A stretch of 38,983 nucleotides of DNA from Octopus bimaculoides (GCF_001194135.2 NC_068985.1:55337852-55376834); one strand, 5' to 3'; positions 23,300 through 34,124 are shown, counted from the first letter of the stretch. The notes: generated by a model from the letters alone, not told the origin. A program made the numbers and translations.

Positions 23300-24815
23300 T
23301 CATCAAGAGTACTCTTAAAGTATGTTGTACATAGCTAGAAAAATTCTTGCGAAGGTGATTCTTAACTGCATCAATAAGCATGTAGCCAACAGTATATACA
23401 GTACTGTGCAAAAGTCTTCAGCCACTTCAGACTATTGTAAATTTCTACTAATTGCCAACTTATAAGTGGATTGTGTTTTTTACAGGTGAAACATCTGTCT
23501 TGTTGGATTCATTTCCATACCAAATCATTATATTTTGTAGTTGGGATTCTAAATGAGAGGGGAAGATGCAAGACGACCACCAAAAATGGCCGTGCAAAAG
23601 TTTTCAGCTACCTCACATAAACCAATCAAGATACAGGGCTTTAAAATAGAAAAATGTCACTATTCAAGTTACCGTCAATTGTAACCAACCGTCTTGAACC
23701 ATCACTTTATGTATCCTCAAAGCATCAGACGCTTACCTCCAAACTTCACTGTTTCCATCATGTAACATGGGTTGTTTCGCTTTCCTAGAGGCCTTCTGAT
23801 AAATTCTCACTTATCAGAAATCAAAACGTTCCACGTTACACAACGAAAACAGTGAAGTTTGGGGATACATAAAAAATGATGGCTCAAGAAAGTTGGTTAA
23901 AATTGATGGTAACTTGAATAGTACAAAATACATCCAGTTGCTGAAGGGCAACTTGATACCAGACTTGGATGAAGGTGAGATTTTTCAGCATGACAGAGCT
24001 CCATGCCACACATTGCATGCAACACAATAGAGTCTGACTGATAAAGGTGTTACCATATTGAAAGATTGACCAACTCAGAGCCTTGACTTAAATATCATTG
24101 AGCAAATGTGGACAGAAATAAAGAGAAGGGTTTGTCAGAAGAATCTACACAATCTTGAAGAGTTGTGGGAGCTCAGCTACAGAGAATGGCATCTCATACT
24201 TGTGAAGATGGTAAAGGATTTGTTTGTATCTCTTCCCAGGCACATTGAAGCAATTATTCAAGCTAAGGGAGGCCACACAAAATATTAACAATGTACAGTA
24301 ACTTCTTGAAATTAACATTATGTAATAAATTTTCATTATAGACATTTTTCTGTTTTAAAACACTGTATCTTGATAGGTTTATGTGAGGTGCCAAAAACTT
24401 TTGCACAGCCGTTTTTGGTGGTTGTCTTGCATTTTCCCCTCTTGTTCAGAACCTCTACTACAAAATATGAATAGGTATGGAAATGACTTCAACAGAGCCA
24501 ATGTTTCATCTGTAAAAAAACACAATGCAAAACATCCACTTATAAGTTGGCAATTAGTAGGAACTTACAATAGTTTAAAGTGGCCGAAGACTTTTACACA
24601 GTACTATATCTTGAATCCCAATGTGGATTTCAGGCTAGGAGAGGCACAGTTCACATGATTTTTTGCCATTAGGCAAGTTCAAGACAAAGCACATGAGCAA
24701 AATACTGACTTCTACATGGACTTTGTCAACTTGACCAAGGCCTTTGATAGTGAATTGTAAGGTGCTTTGGAAAATTTTGTCAAAAGTTTGCCTTCCTGAT
24801 AAAATGATAATTCGA
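23300..24815 (+). mobile_element. BovB-like RTE RT fragment split by the Tc1 insertion (pieces ~23300-23398 and 24607-24815)
   Basis: Removing the Tc1 and one TA restores ARKILAKVILNCINKHVANSIYLESQCGF, followed (with small frameshifts) by RGT..MIFAIRQVQDK..EQ..YMDFVNLTKAFDS. Confidence 0.8.
23399..24606 (+). mobile_element. Tc1/mariner-superfamily element with ~260-bp IR/DR-type TIRs and a truncated, pseudogenised transposase
   Basis: TA at 23397-23398 and 24607-24608. Termini are CAGTACTGTGCAAAAGTCTTCAGCCAC and GTGGCCGAAGACTTTTACACAGTACTA. Transposase C-terminus reads FQHDRAPCH...QSLDLNIIEQMW...KGGHTKY* (~23855-24288) with two in-frame stops. Confidence 0.92.
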
Positions 24816-25470
24816 ATTTTGACAAGGCCAGCAATTTCAGGGAAGGAGGTAAGTTGATTATATTGACCCCAGTATTCAACTGGTACTTGCTTTATTCAAC
24901 CCTGAAAGGATGAAAGGCAAAGTCAACCTGGGTGGCGTTTGAACTCAGAATGTAGAAATGGATGAAATACTGCTAAGCATTTTACTCGGTGTACTAATGA
25001 TTTGCCAGCTTATAATAATAATAACAATAACAATAATAATTCTAATTTTGGCATGAGGCTAGCAACTTTGAGAGGAGGGGTTAGTCAACTACATCAACCC
25101 CATTACCTGACTGGTATTTTATTTTATCAAACCTGGAAGGATGAAAGGAAAAGATGATCTCCATAATTTGAACTCAGAACGTAAAGCACCAGAAGAAATG
25201 CTACTAAGAATTTTGTACGACGCACCTAATGATTCTGCCAGCTCATGGCCTTTTTCTTTCTAATTTTTACACAAGGGCCAGCAATTTTGAGGGGAGGGAG
25301 TTAGGTGATACTATTGACCCCAGTACTTTACTAGTATTTTATTTTGTTAAACTCTGAAAGGATGAGACGTAAAATTGACCACAGCATGATTTGAACTCAT
25401 AATGTAAAGTACCAGAAGAAGCTGCTGCTACACATATCGACTAATGCTCTAATGATTCTCCCAATCCACA
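24815..25470 (-). mobile_element. Three head-to-tail copies of SINE family C
   Basis: Three units (~24815-25010, ~25040-25245, ~25260-25470), each with gagttcaaa (B-box-like), tttcatccttYca, aagtaccag and ending caaaattYgaa; (AAT)n separates the first two. Confidence 0.85.
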
Positions 25471-25745
25471 ACCCTTTAATATTAATAACAATAATTATGT
25501 TAAAGTTCCATGTTAATATGGGTGGGATCAGTCATCATTTTGTGAATCAGTCCTGATTCAGAGTTGCTGTCCTCCTGAATAGGTCCTGGAACCACATCTA
25601 CCTTGAACATTTTAATTTTGGCATGGAATTGGATGCTCTTCCTAATGTCAACCCCTTTACAGAGTGCACTGGGTACATTTTATCATAGCACCAACACTAA
25701 AATAGAAGGTAAGAAAAAATAAAAGGTTATATCAAAACTTTAATG

Positions 25746-26053
25746 TTAACCATAAGTGTCCGTACTAAAGTGTGTATTTTCTCTGTCAGCAGAATGTAAG
25801 ACATCTACTATGGCATGTTTTGGTACTTCAGAACCTCGTACTTTCATCATATAACAGGCTGTCTCGACTTTCTCTAGTGACTGTTTCATGGTTAACATCT
25901 TTAAAGAAGTCTCGCGGCAGGTGTTCCCAAAACCCAAGAAGTTGGTGTGGATCTCACGCAGGAAGTTACAAATGCGGAATGGAGTTTCGACATCTCCACC
26001 ACTGATTGACTTGATGGCCATCCTCATTAGTTCACCAGTCAAATCAGCAACAC
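25746..26053 (-). CDS. TSNAX: TSNAX/TRAX exon 2 (terminal): (G)[13 protein letters not shown]...[19 protein letters not shown]...TYG*
   Basis: Pyrimidine-rich ...ctccatccAG acceptor at 26055-26054. G+GT rebuilds [13 protein letters not shown]. Total CDS is 553+308 = 861 nt, or 286 aa. Conserved KVRGSE motif present. Confidence 0.95.
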
Positions 26054-26404
26054 CTGGATGGAGAAAAACAAGGGAAACAAATGAGAGAGGGAGAGACATA
26101 AATGAGGATAGCAGTTGTTAGCATTTTACTCCAGATATGTTCTAATCTAGTAGACCTATGATCAAAGATATACCATCCAGCATTGTTTAATGTGTACATC
26201 CATCTTTTTAAGACAAAAAGATTTAGCTGTTATTTCTAGTAAGCTGAGTGACTATTACACTAGCATGGTTTACAGTTGGTTAAGTCAGTAAAATGTTGGT
26301 TAAAAAGCTCAATGGTCAATGGCTCATATCCCTATCACCAATAATGATACGTGGCAATCAATAACTAAGGTAATATAGGTAGAATAGATAGTCATTGTAA
26401 TAAA

Positions 26405-26630
26405 CATCATCATCATCATCATGTAATGTATGTTTTCTATGCTGGCATGGGTTGGACAGCTTGACAGGAGCTGCACCAGTCTCCATAGTCTGTTTTGGCT
26501 TGGTTTCTATGACTGGATGCCCTTCCAAATGCCAACCACTTTAAAGAGTGTACTGGGTACTTTTGACATGGCACCTTCACCAGTGCTTTTTACATGGAAT
26601 CAGCACCCACAATGCTTTTAATGTGGCACC
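26405..26630 (-). mobile_element. Related RTE/RTEX 3' UTR fragment in the TSNAX intron
   Basis: (CAT)n then ttctatgctggcatgggttggacagcttgacagg...ggatgcccttccaaatgccaacc. Confidence 0.65.
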
Positions 26631-26721
26631 TTAGTTTTAGGATTTCAATTCTGTTGTGATGAACAGATTTTCTTGGGTATAGTAGAATAAAATAGAAAGG
26701 ACAAGTGCCTTGTTACCTTAA

Positions 26722-26944
26722 CCCTTTTGTTACCGTATTTCTATTGAAATACTCTGTCTTTGTTCCAATTAATTTTGAAAAATAATGAAGAATTTAATAA
26801 AATAACTATGTCATTATAAAGCTGGTGTTTGGAACATAAATTAGTATGAAACTTTGATGGAAGGTTTTGATTTACATCACTTTAAAACAATGAATTTCTA
26901 TCATAGAATTAGGAGTGGTCTCAGACAGGTTAGTATTTAAAGGG
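26722..26944. mobile_element. piggyBac-like MITE (family E)
   Basis: ttaa|CCCTTTTGTTACC ... AGTATTTAAAGGG|taa; body collinear with 453-656. Confidence 0.7.
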
Positions 26945-26969
26945 TAACCTCTTTAAATCAGTGGTTCTC

Positions 26970-27885
26970 GTAAGCTTGCAAGGAATGAAGCCAGTATTCT
27001 CCACTGGATGTGTAATGTCAGTGTGCATACTCGACAGAGTGGAAGTACCTTGAGAAAAAAGTTGGACTTAAGAAGCATCAGATGTGGTGTGCAAGAAAGA
27101 CGACTGCGCTGGTATGGTCATGTGGCGAGAATGGATGAGGATAGCTGTGTGAAAAGTGCCACACCCTAGCGGATGAGGGAACCTGTGGAAGAGGTAGATC
27201 CAGGAAGACCTGGGATGAGGTGGTGAAGCAGGACCTTCAAACATTAGGCCTCACCAAGGCAATGACTAGTGACTGAGACCTTTGGAAATATGCTGTGCTT
27301 GAGAAGACCCGGCAAACCAAATGAGACCATAACCCGTAGCCTATGCCAGCCCACATATGCGTACCTTTCCTTCATTGGACACTAAACTCTGCTTACGAAG
27401 ACCTCTAAAGGCAAGTGAAATCAAAATCAAATTCGATGACTGGCATCCGTACCAGTGGAGCGCTAAGAGCACCATCCGAGCATGATCGTTGCCAGAGCAG
27501 CTGACTGGCTTCCATGCCGGTGACACGTAAAAAGTACCATTCAAGCGTGAGCATTACCAGCGTTGCCTTACTGGCACTTGAAAAAATATTCGAGTGAGGT
27601 AGTTGTCAGTGCTGATGGACTGGCTCCTGTGCAGGTCGCATATAAAAAACACCATTTGAGCATGGTCGTTGCCAGTAACGCTTGACTGGCACTCATGCCT
27701 GTGGCATGTAAAAGCACCCTCTACACTCTCGGAGTGGTTGGCATTAGGAAAGGCATCCAGCTGTAGAAACTCTGCCAGATCAGATTGGAGCCTGGTGCAG
27801 CCATCTGGTTCGCCAGTCCTCAGTCAAATTGTCCAACCCATGCCAGCATGGAAAGCGGACGTTAAACAATGATGATAATTATACA
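26970..27885 (+). mobile_element. RTE/RTEX-like LINE 3' end with full repeat-rich 3' UTR and (GAT)n tail
   Basis: RNEASILHWMCNVS..RRLRWYGHVARM..GRGRSRKTWDEVV..KTRQTK*, then a UTR ending ...catggaaagcggacgttaaacaatgatgat. This copy links the abundant UTR-only fragments to a LINE. Confidence 0.85.
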
Positions 27886-27904
27886 TATATATATATAAAT
27901 ATAT

Positions 27905-28071
27905 AGAAGGAGTGGGTGTGTGATAAGTAGCTTGCTTACGAAACACATGGTTCTGGGTTCAGTCCCACTGCGTGGCACCTTGGGCAAGTGTCTTCTACTA
28001 TAGCCTCGGGCCGACCAAAGCCTTGTGAGTGGATTTGGTAGATGGAAACTGAAAGAAGCCAGTCGTATATA
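27905..28071 (+). mobile_element. SINE family A head running into a gap
   Basis: ggagtgggtgtgtgataagtagc...gggttcagtcccactgcgtggcaccttgggcaag. Confidence 0.8.
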
Positions 28072-28684
28072 NNNNNNNNNNNNNNNNNNNNNNNNNNNNN
28101 NNNNNNNNNNNNNNNNNNNNNNNNNNNNNNNNNNNNNNNNNNNNNNNNNNNNNNNNNNNNNNNNNNNNNNNNNNNNNNNNNNNNNNNNNNNNNNNNNNNN
28201 NNNNNNNNNNNNNNNNNNNNNNNNNNNNNNNNNNNNNNNNNNNNNNNNNNNNNNNNNNNNNNNNNNNNNNNNNNNNNNNNNNNNNNNNNNNNNNNNNNNN
28301 NNNNNNNNNNNNNNNNNNNNNNNNNNNNNNNNNNNNNNNNNNNNNNNNNNNNNNNNNNNNNNNNNNNNNNNNNNNNNNNNNNNNNNNNNNNNNNNNNNNN
28401 NNNNNNNNNNNNNNNNNNNNNNNNNNNNNNNNNNNNNNNNNNNNNNNNNNNNNNNNNNNNNNNNNNNNNNNNNNNNNNNNNNNNNNNNNNNNNNNNNNNN
28501 NNNNNNNNNNNNNNNNNNNNNNNNNNNNNNNNNNNNNNNNNNNNNNNNNNNNNNNNNNNNNNNNNNNNNNNNNNNNNNNNNNNNNNNNNNNNNNNNNNNN
28601 NNNNNNNNNNNNNNNNNNNNNNNNNNNNNNNNNNNNNNNNNNNNNNNNNNNNNNNNNNNNNNNNNNNNNNNNNNNNNNNNNNNN

Positions 28685-28990
28685 GGTCTTGTGCCTCCCT
28701 CTCCCAATTACCAGCTGCAATTCCTGTCTGTATTAGAGCATTTTTAAGGCAATACTTAAACCTTAGTTTAGGCTTATGCGCTGGTCTCCTGCCATCTTCC
28801 AGCTCACCATACAATAGCTGCTCGGGTAGCCGCTCATTACTCATCCTTACCAAATGTACCTGCCACCTCAAACGTCTTTGCAAAATCATTGACTCTATAC
28901 TTCTCCCGCCACTCCTCTCAAGCACCTCCACATTACTAATTGCCATTTTCTAGTTTATCCCCCAAATTTTTCTCAGACAGTATTGATGAA
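28685..28990 (-). mobile_element. BovB-like RTE LINE C-terminal fragment running into a gap
   Basis: ISNVEVLERSGGRSIESMILQRRLRWQVHLVRMSNERLPEQLLYGELEDGRRP..KPKLRFK..W. Confidence 0.85.
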
Positions 28991-29216
28991 ATCGTTCCAA
29001 TTGCCTTACCTGCCTACGGTAAACAACCCATGCCTCACTCCCATATAGCAAAGATAGGAGGACGCATGTGTTATATATCTTAACTTTAATTTGTGAAGAT
29101 ATATTATGTTGTTTCCACAGACGCCTATCAAAATTTCAAATGTCACTACATAAATATACGCATATATAAATAAAAACCCTACTGTATTTTTATAATTAAA
29201 TATTATTAGGAATTCA

Positions 29217-29600
29217 TCATCATTAAACACCTGTTTTCCATGCTGGCATGAGTTGGATGGTTATTACAGATCACTAGCTGAGGAACTGTCCAGATTTCAA
29301 TTGTTTGTTGTGGCATGGTTTCTATGGTTGGATCCCCTTCCTTACACCAACCACTTTACATGCCACTGGCATGGGTGTGTTTATGCAGCAATGGCACAAG
29401 TGCATTTTATGTGACACTGGTACCTGTATGTATGGATGGGCGACAGTGATTTTACTTAGCTCGACATGTCTTCTCAAGTACAGTAAATCACAACTCCCAG
29501 TCCCTTGTCATTTCCCCAGTGAGGCTCAGTGTCCAGAGATCCCTTCTCACCATTTTGTCCCATGTCTTCCTGGGTCTACCTCTTCCACAGGTTCCCTTCA
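29217..29600 (-). mobile_element. RTE/RTEX-like LINE 3' fragment
   Basis: GTCGRGRPRKTWDKMVRRDLWTLSLTGEMTRDWEL followed by a shortened 3' UTR and (GAT)n tail. Confidence 0.8.
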
Positions 29601-30504
29601 CAAATTTAAAATATAGAAGTATAACTAATTTATTGTAGATAAATATTAACAAAATCTTGTATGGACCCTGGTTGAGAACAGCTGCTTTAGATACACCTGA
29701 ATGTGGGACATGCACAGCTGCTGAAAATGTTTGCCAATTTCCCAGTTTCATCTAATTAGTTTCTTGCAACTGAAACTGACTATATACATTTAAGGACAAA
29801 AACCATATTTTCAATGAAGGCAAAAAAGAATACATTTGGTACAGTAGGTCCCAATACCCGAGCTAAATACTTGGCCATAGTATGTGAGAGTGTGTGTATG
29901 AGCACTCTATCCAGCCCACAACTTACCAGCATGGATAGATATATAGGTCTACTACCAACGTAGATAAACTGAGACTTCATCCAGCAGACGACTGGAAAAA
30001 AAAGAAAAAAGATACCCACCCAACCATTAAATAAACACCAATACAAAATATTTTTCTTTTACTTGTTGAGTCTGGAGGAAGGGGCAACACCTGTGATCCT
30101 GCAGACCTACCTTTTCACTCTCAAATTAAAACAACTGACCTTCAAATTAAAACAAATCTCAAAACAACTGAACTATGATTTAAGTTACATGAACTTCATG
30201 TCAAATTGGATGAACTTTTATTGAAGCAAATAAATATCAATTTAAAATAACTAATGTGATGTTAAAAAAAATTGTTTGATTTAGAATATATTTTGTTCAA
30301 AGTCGTGATATTTTCAGACTCAATCAAGATTTTCAAGGTCATTTCTTGTATGTTTGTATACATAATTGTATTCATAAAACAACACAGGATAAAGTCATGT
30401 ACAAGCTATTGTGTATACACAATATGCAGATGTTACTAATAGCTGAATCTTTTGCATACTTTTTAACAAAAATTTTTTTTTAATGGTTTCTTTTAATACC
30501 CACT

Positions 30505-30985
30505 CCCATCTCCCCCTTTCTGAACTTATTTTGGTTGATTTTGTGGGCACTACACATGATGATTTTTTGGGGGCACTATGCACTTAAAAACTATAGGAGA
30601 AACCTTTTTGGTAGAAAAATAAAAAAATATATTTTCAGACGAAAATGTATGTGATTTAAGGAAGATTTGGCTGTTGTTTGTAGCATATTCTTTGGCTGGT
30701 TAGGTTTAGGGTTGATAAAAATCATAAATTCTTTTAAAAAATTGTTTTAACAGCATAAATGAGCTTATGCTATTAATGGGGAGAAAATAATTGAAAAACA
30801 TCAATTAGTGAGAAGAAATGAGGAAGGTGGTCGTGGGATATGCTAGAAACAATAGCCAAATCACCCTTTAAACACACCTTTTCATCTGAAAATATTTACT
30901 TTTTTTTTTTATCAAAAAAGACTTATAGTTTTTAAGTGTGTAGTGCCCACAAAATTGACCAAAATCGATCTGGAAAGGGGGTCTT
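30505..30985. repeat. Inverted repeat (~150-180-bp arms), probable MITE; a related arm at ~37140-37315
   Basis: ttttgtgggcactacac..cttaaaaactata..tattttcaga..gatttggctgttgtttgtagcatat versus its reverse complement at ~30838-30982. Confidence 0.7.
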
Positions 30986-31094
30986 GTTAAAGAAAAAAAC
31001 ATTTTTCAAAAAAATATGCCATAAAGCTAAATCCTTTATGGATAGGAAACCTAAGGTGATCGCAAAAACCAGCGTTCCCCGTTTTTAATATACG

Positions 31095-33590
31095 TCTCGA
31101 ACGCTGCAGAGGCTGTGGATCTTGCTCTGACTGCAGCATCCAGGATGTGAAAAGAAGCAAAGGAGTCGCTAATTGTGACCTCCTAACAAGGCATCTGCCT
31201 TGCGACCAGGGACACAGAGTGAGGCCATCAGGTCTCTTCCCATCACATCTGGACAGTTCCAAGATGAAGGGGATGTTTGCCTGGGCCAAGCTCCTCTTGA
31301 GTATCAGGTTCAACTCCATATGATGTGCAAAGCAACCAGCATTCAGGCGGCAAGTAAGGCCATGGAGGCCTGAGGAGTCAAGGAGCCTGCCACAAACACA
31401 GATCAAACCCGTGCATACATCAGCTCCCACTCTGAGGGCAATGTAGACATGAAGTTCGTCCAAGCTGAGTAGGCCACCAACATTAGCCACAGGGATGGCA
31501 TCAATCCAGTCATCTGAGTATTTGGAGCTAGCAGACAGTAAGCAGCACCTTGAAAACTGGTCTGACTGGATGAAGAGGGAGTCAAAGGTGGCCTTCGAAA
31601 TTATGTTGTCTCAAGCTCTCTGACTCCGACAGTCCTCCACCTTCTCAGGAGCAGACAAGCCCAATTCCCTCCAGTGTTGGAGAGCTTCATCCAACTCCGT
31701 TGGAACTGGTCCTTGTTGGAGAGGAGAGGATGTTGCTCACCAGGGTGGAGGAAAGGAAGCAGAGGAGAGAGAGGGATGAACACTCATGAAGACTAAAACC
31801 TCCAGCAATGCAGCCTGATTGGGGACGTTGGAGAGAGTCTGACATTGACTAAGCATTAGAGTCTCTCAAAGAATAGGTTGTCGAAGCGTTTGAAGCACGA
31901 TGGGAATCGGTAAGATGAAATGACTGACAAAAGATAGAAGCTTAGGTATCGAGAGGTAATTCCTAAGTATGGAAAAACCTTGATGGGGTTTGATAGCTCA
32001 ATATTTTTCAGCAATTGCTCAAGGGCAGCCACCTTCGACTGGAAGATGGACTCAAAGGCAAGGTCAGTGATTTGGACACCTACAGAGCACCAAGCTGATG
32101 TGGGAGGGACTGCAATGGAAGGGAAGGACTCTGCAAAAAGGTCAATAGTTGGTTGATGTTTTGAGGTTAGGTGGTTGAGGATCCAGAGCTAACATTTCGA
32201 GTTATTTGCTTGGAGACGTCAACCATCATGTTTGCAATGGTGAGAACCCTGTCTGGAGGTCCCCCCAAACAAGCATCATCGAGATACCAGACGTTGAGAT
32301 CTAGCTGGATGCCCATCTTGGTGATGTCATCAATTCCCAGTATGAACAGAGCAGGATCGAGTGGGATGCCCTGTTGGACACCCGAGGCAGAGGTGATGAT
32401 TTAGTCACCGAAAGAGAGATAAGAGGACTCTCGATAAGCCTGCTATGCAAGACGGTATAGTTATGGAACCTTCTCTCTTACTGAGCTGAGGACAGCATTG
32501 AGGCTGATAGAGTTGAAGATATTCTTAAGGTCAAGTTTGAGGATGACCTTGGGTGACAAGGAGGGCAAATTGGCAGAGGCTCTGGTAGCATGGGTGACAG
32601 CTTGGCATCCCAATTTGGTGCCCACCTCTAGCTGGGTGGGGAAAAATATTTCCTCGAATAAGTTAGAGACTGATTATAAGCACACCTTTGCAGTGAGATG
32701 GCGAATGGTGAAACCGACCACAACGGGACGTAGGTCTCCATTGGGTTAGGTGAGCCCAAATAATTTTGCACTGAAGAATAGTGGGTGGATATAATGGAGG
32801 ATGTTTGCTGAAGAGAACTGGTTCACAAACTGAGTCAAATTCCCCAAGAGCTCAAGTCCAGTATCATCTTGAAATTTTGAGGCCGAAGGCCATTAATTCC
32901 CACACCTCAACCAGCAGGGAAGGATGAAATTGCCTCTCTGATGTTATCAGAGGTGAAAACCATCTCAAGTATTCTGGGAGATCGGGCCAGTTTAGTTGAC
33001 TATTGGAGTGCTGGTGGGTGCTTTTCTTTCAGATGTCTAAGAGACTCAGAGTCATATGGAACGAGGGAAGATAGAGAAGAGAGGAGACGGACAGCCCCTT
33101 TTATGTCAGATTCACTGAAGTTGTCATTGACTGTGCGCTTAAGGGTATCAGTTGCCTGTCAGTAGGCGCCGTGCTTGATGTCAAATTGAAGTGAGAAGTA
33201 GACGGGGTAGACTCAAATAAGGGAGCCCGATTTCACATTGTGCACATGGAGAGAGATGTGGGGGAAACAGAAACAGTTTTTGCCAGTCAGATGCATTGTT
33301 GGATAAACATACGTTTTTCAATAAGCTGTAGAGCGCATGAGCAAAGTTATTCTGAGCTCCCTTAGGGATCTAGTTAATGAGCTTCAATCTAGATAAACTC
33401 TGGAGGGCTGCAGCAAAGTCCTCAGTAGACAGCTGGTTGTTGGAGTGTGAGGTGTCTCCATGGAGTGTGTCGGAGCTGAAGTGGCACTGACTGTAGATCC
33501 AATATGGAAGACTTTCAGCTTGAGCCTTCGTGATGCGGACACAACTCCTGTGGTAATTTTGGTGGCACAGGTGGTTAATTGGATATTTTA
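31095..33590 (-). mobile_element. Degenerate CRE-clade non-LTR retrotransposon (RT + zinc knuckle + restriction-like endonuclease)
   Basis: Manual minus-strand translation gives IPKGAQNNFAHAL..WQKLFLFP, DLRPVVVGFTIRHL, QLEVGTKLGCQAVTHA, LKLDLKNIFNS, GVQQGIPLDPALF (32383-32362) and NVWYLDD (YLDD at 32286-32275). These are followed by CVCGRLLDSSGLHGLTC and DGKRPDGLTLCPWSQGRCLV. Multiple stops and frameshifts. Confidence 0.85.
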
Positions 33591-33624
33591 TCAGGGCAGA
33601 ATTTCCAGAAAGGAGTTACATTCC

Positions 33625-33780
33625 AACGTGTTAGTTCGCCAAAAGAGACTGATAGAATAAGTACTAGGCTTACAAAGAATAAATCCTGGGGGCGATTTGT
33701 TCGACTAAAGGTGGTGCTCCAGCAAGGCCACAGTCAAATGACTGAAACAAGTAGAAGAATAAAAGAATAAAAAAGAATAT
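33625..33780 (+). mobile_element. SINE family A 3' body adjoining the CRE 5' end
   Basis: gttagttcgccaaaagagactgatagaataagtactagg...gaataaaagaataaaaaagaat. Confidence 0.8.
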
Positions 33781-34124
33781 TACATCCTCAAAATTTTTAA
33801 TGTCATAACTTTTGTTTTAAATAAAATTTGTTCTTTTAAATTGGCTTTCATATGTTTTAAATTGTTTGTTTTTAAATAAAAGTTAATCTGGTTTAAAATT
33901 CATATAATTTAAATCATAGCATGTATATATTGGCATACCGTACATACCTTATATACATAGATATATGCACTGTGAAAATATTTTCATAAAGTGAAACAAT
34001 ATCAAATGTTTTTTTCCTCACTGAACTCATACAATGAAACTTTTGCTATTTTATTCGAGGTATGTCTACAATAGAGAAGAAATATCAATGGGGACGAAGG
34101 TTTATTTTCCTTTCAGAAATATAA

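Larger units (their letters stand above)
26959..29684. mobile_element. hAT (Charlie-like) MITE fragmented by nested insertions
   Basis: Left TIR cagtggttctc at 26959-26969; middle piece ~29170-29216 and right piece ~29600-29684 are collinear with 37763-38016. Flanks ctttaaat and ctttagat (7/8). Confidence 0.65.

Noticed and set aside
11483-25745. TSNAX-DISC1 synteny as in vertebrates
   Set aside because: The next gene downstream of TSNAX here is a convergent ZDHHC23-like gene, and no DISC1-like exon was recognised in between.
26054-26099. N-terminal [15 protein letters not shown] of the 117-aa ORF as a separate gene start
   Set aside because: It is the polypyrimidine tract and acceptor of TSNAX exon 2.
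27400-27730. Regularly spaced ~65-bp hairpin repeats as a CRISPR-like array
   Set aside because: The whole unit is repeated with no unique spacers, it sits in a LINE 3' UTR, and the context is eukaryotic.
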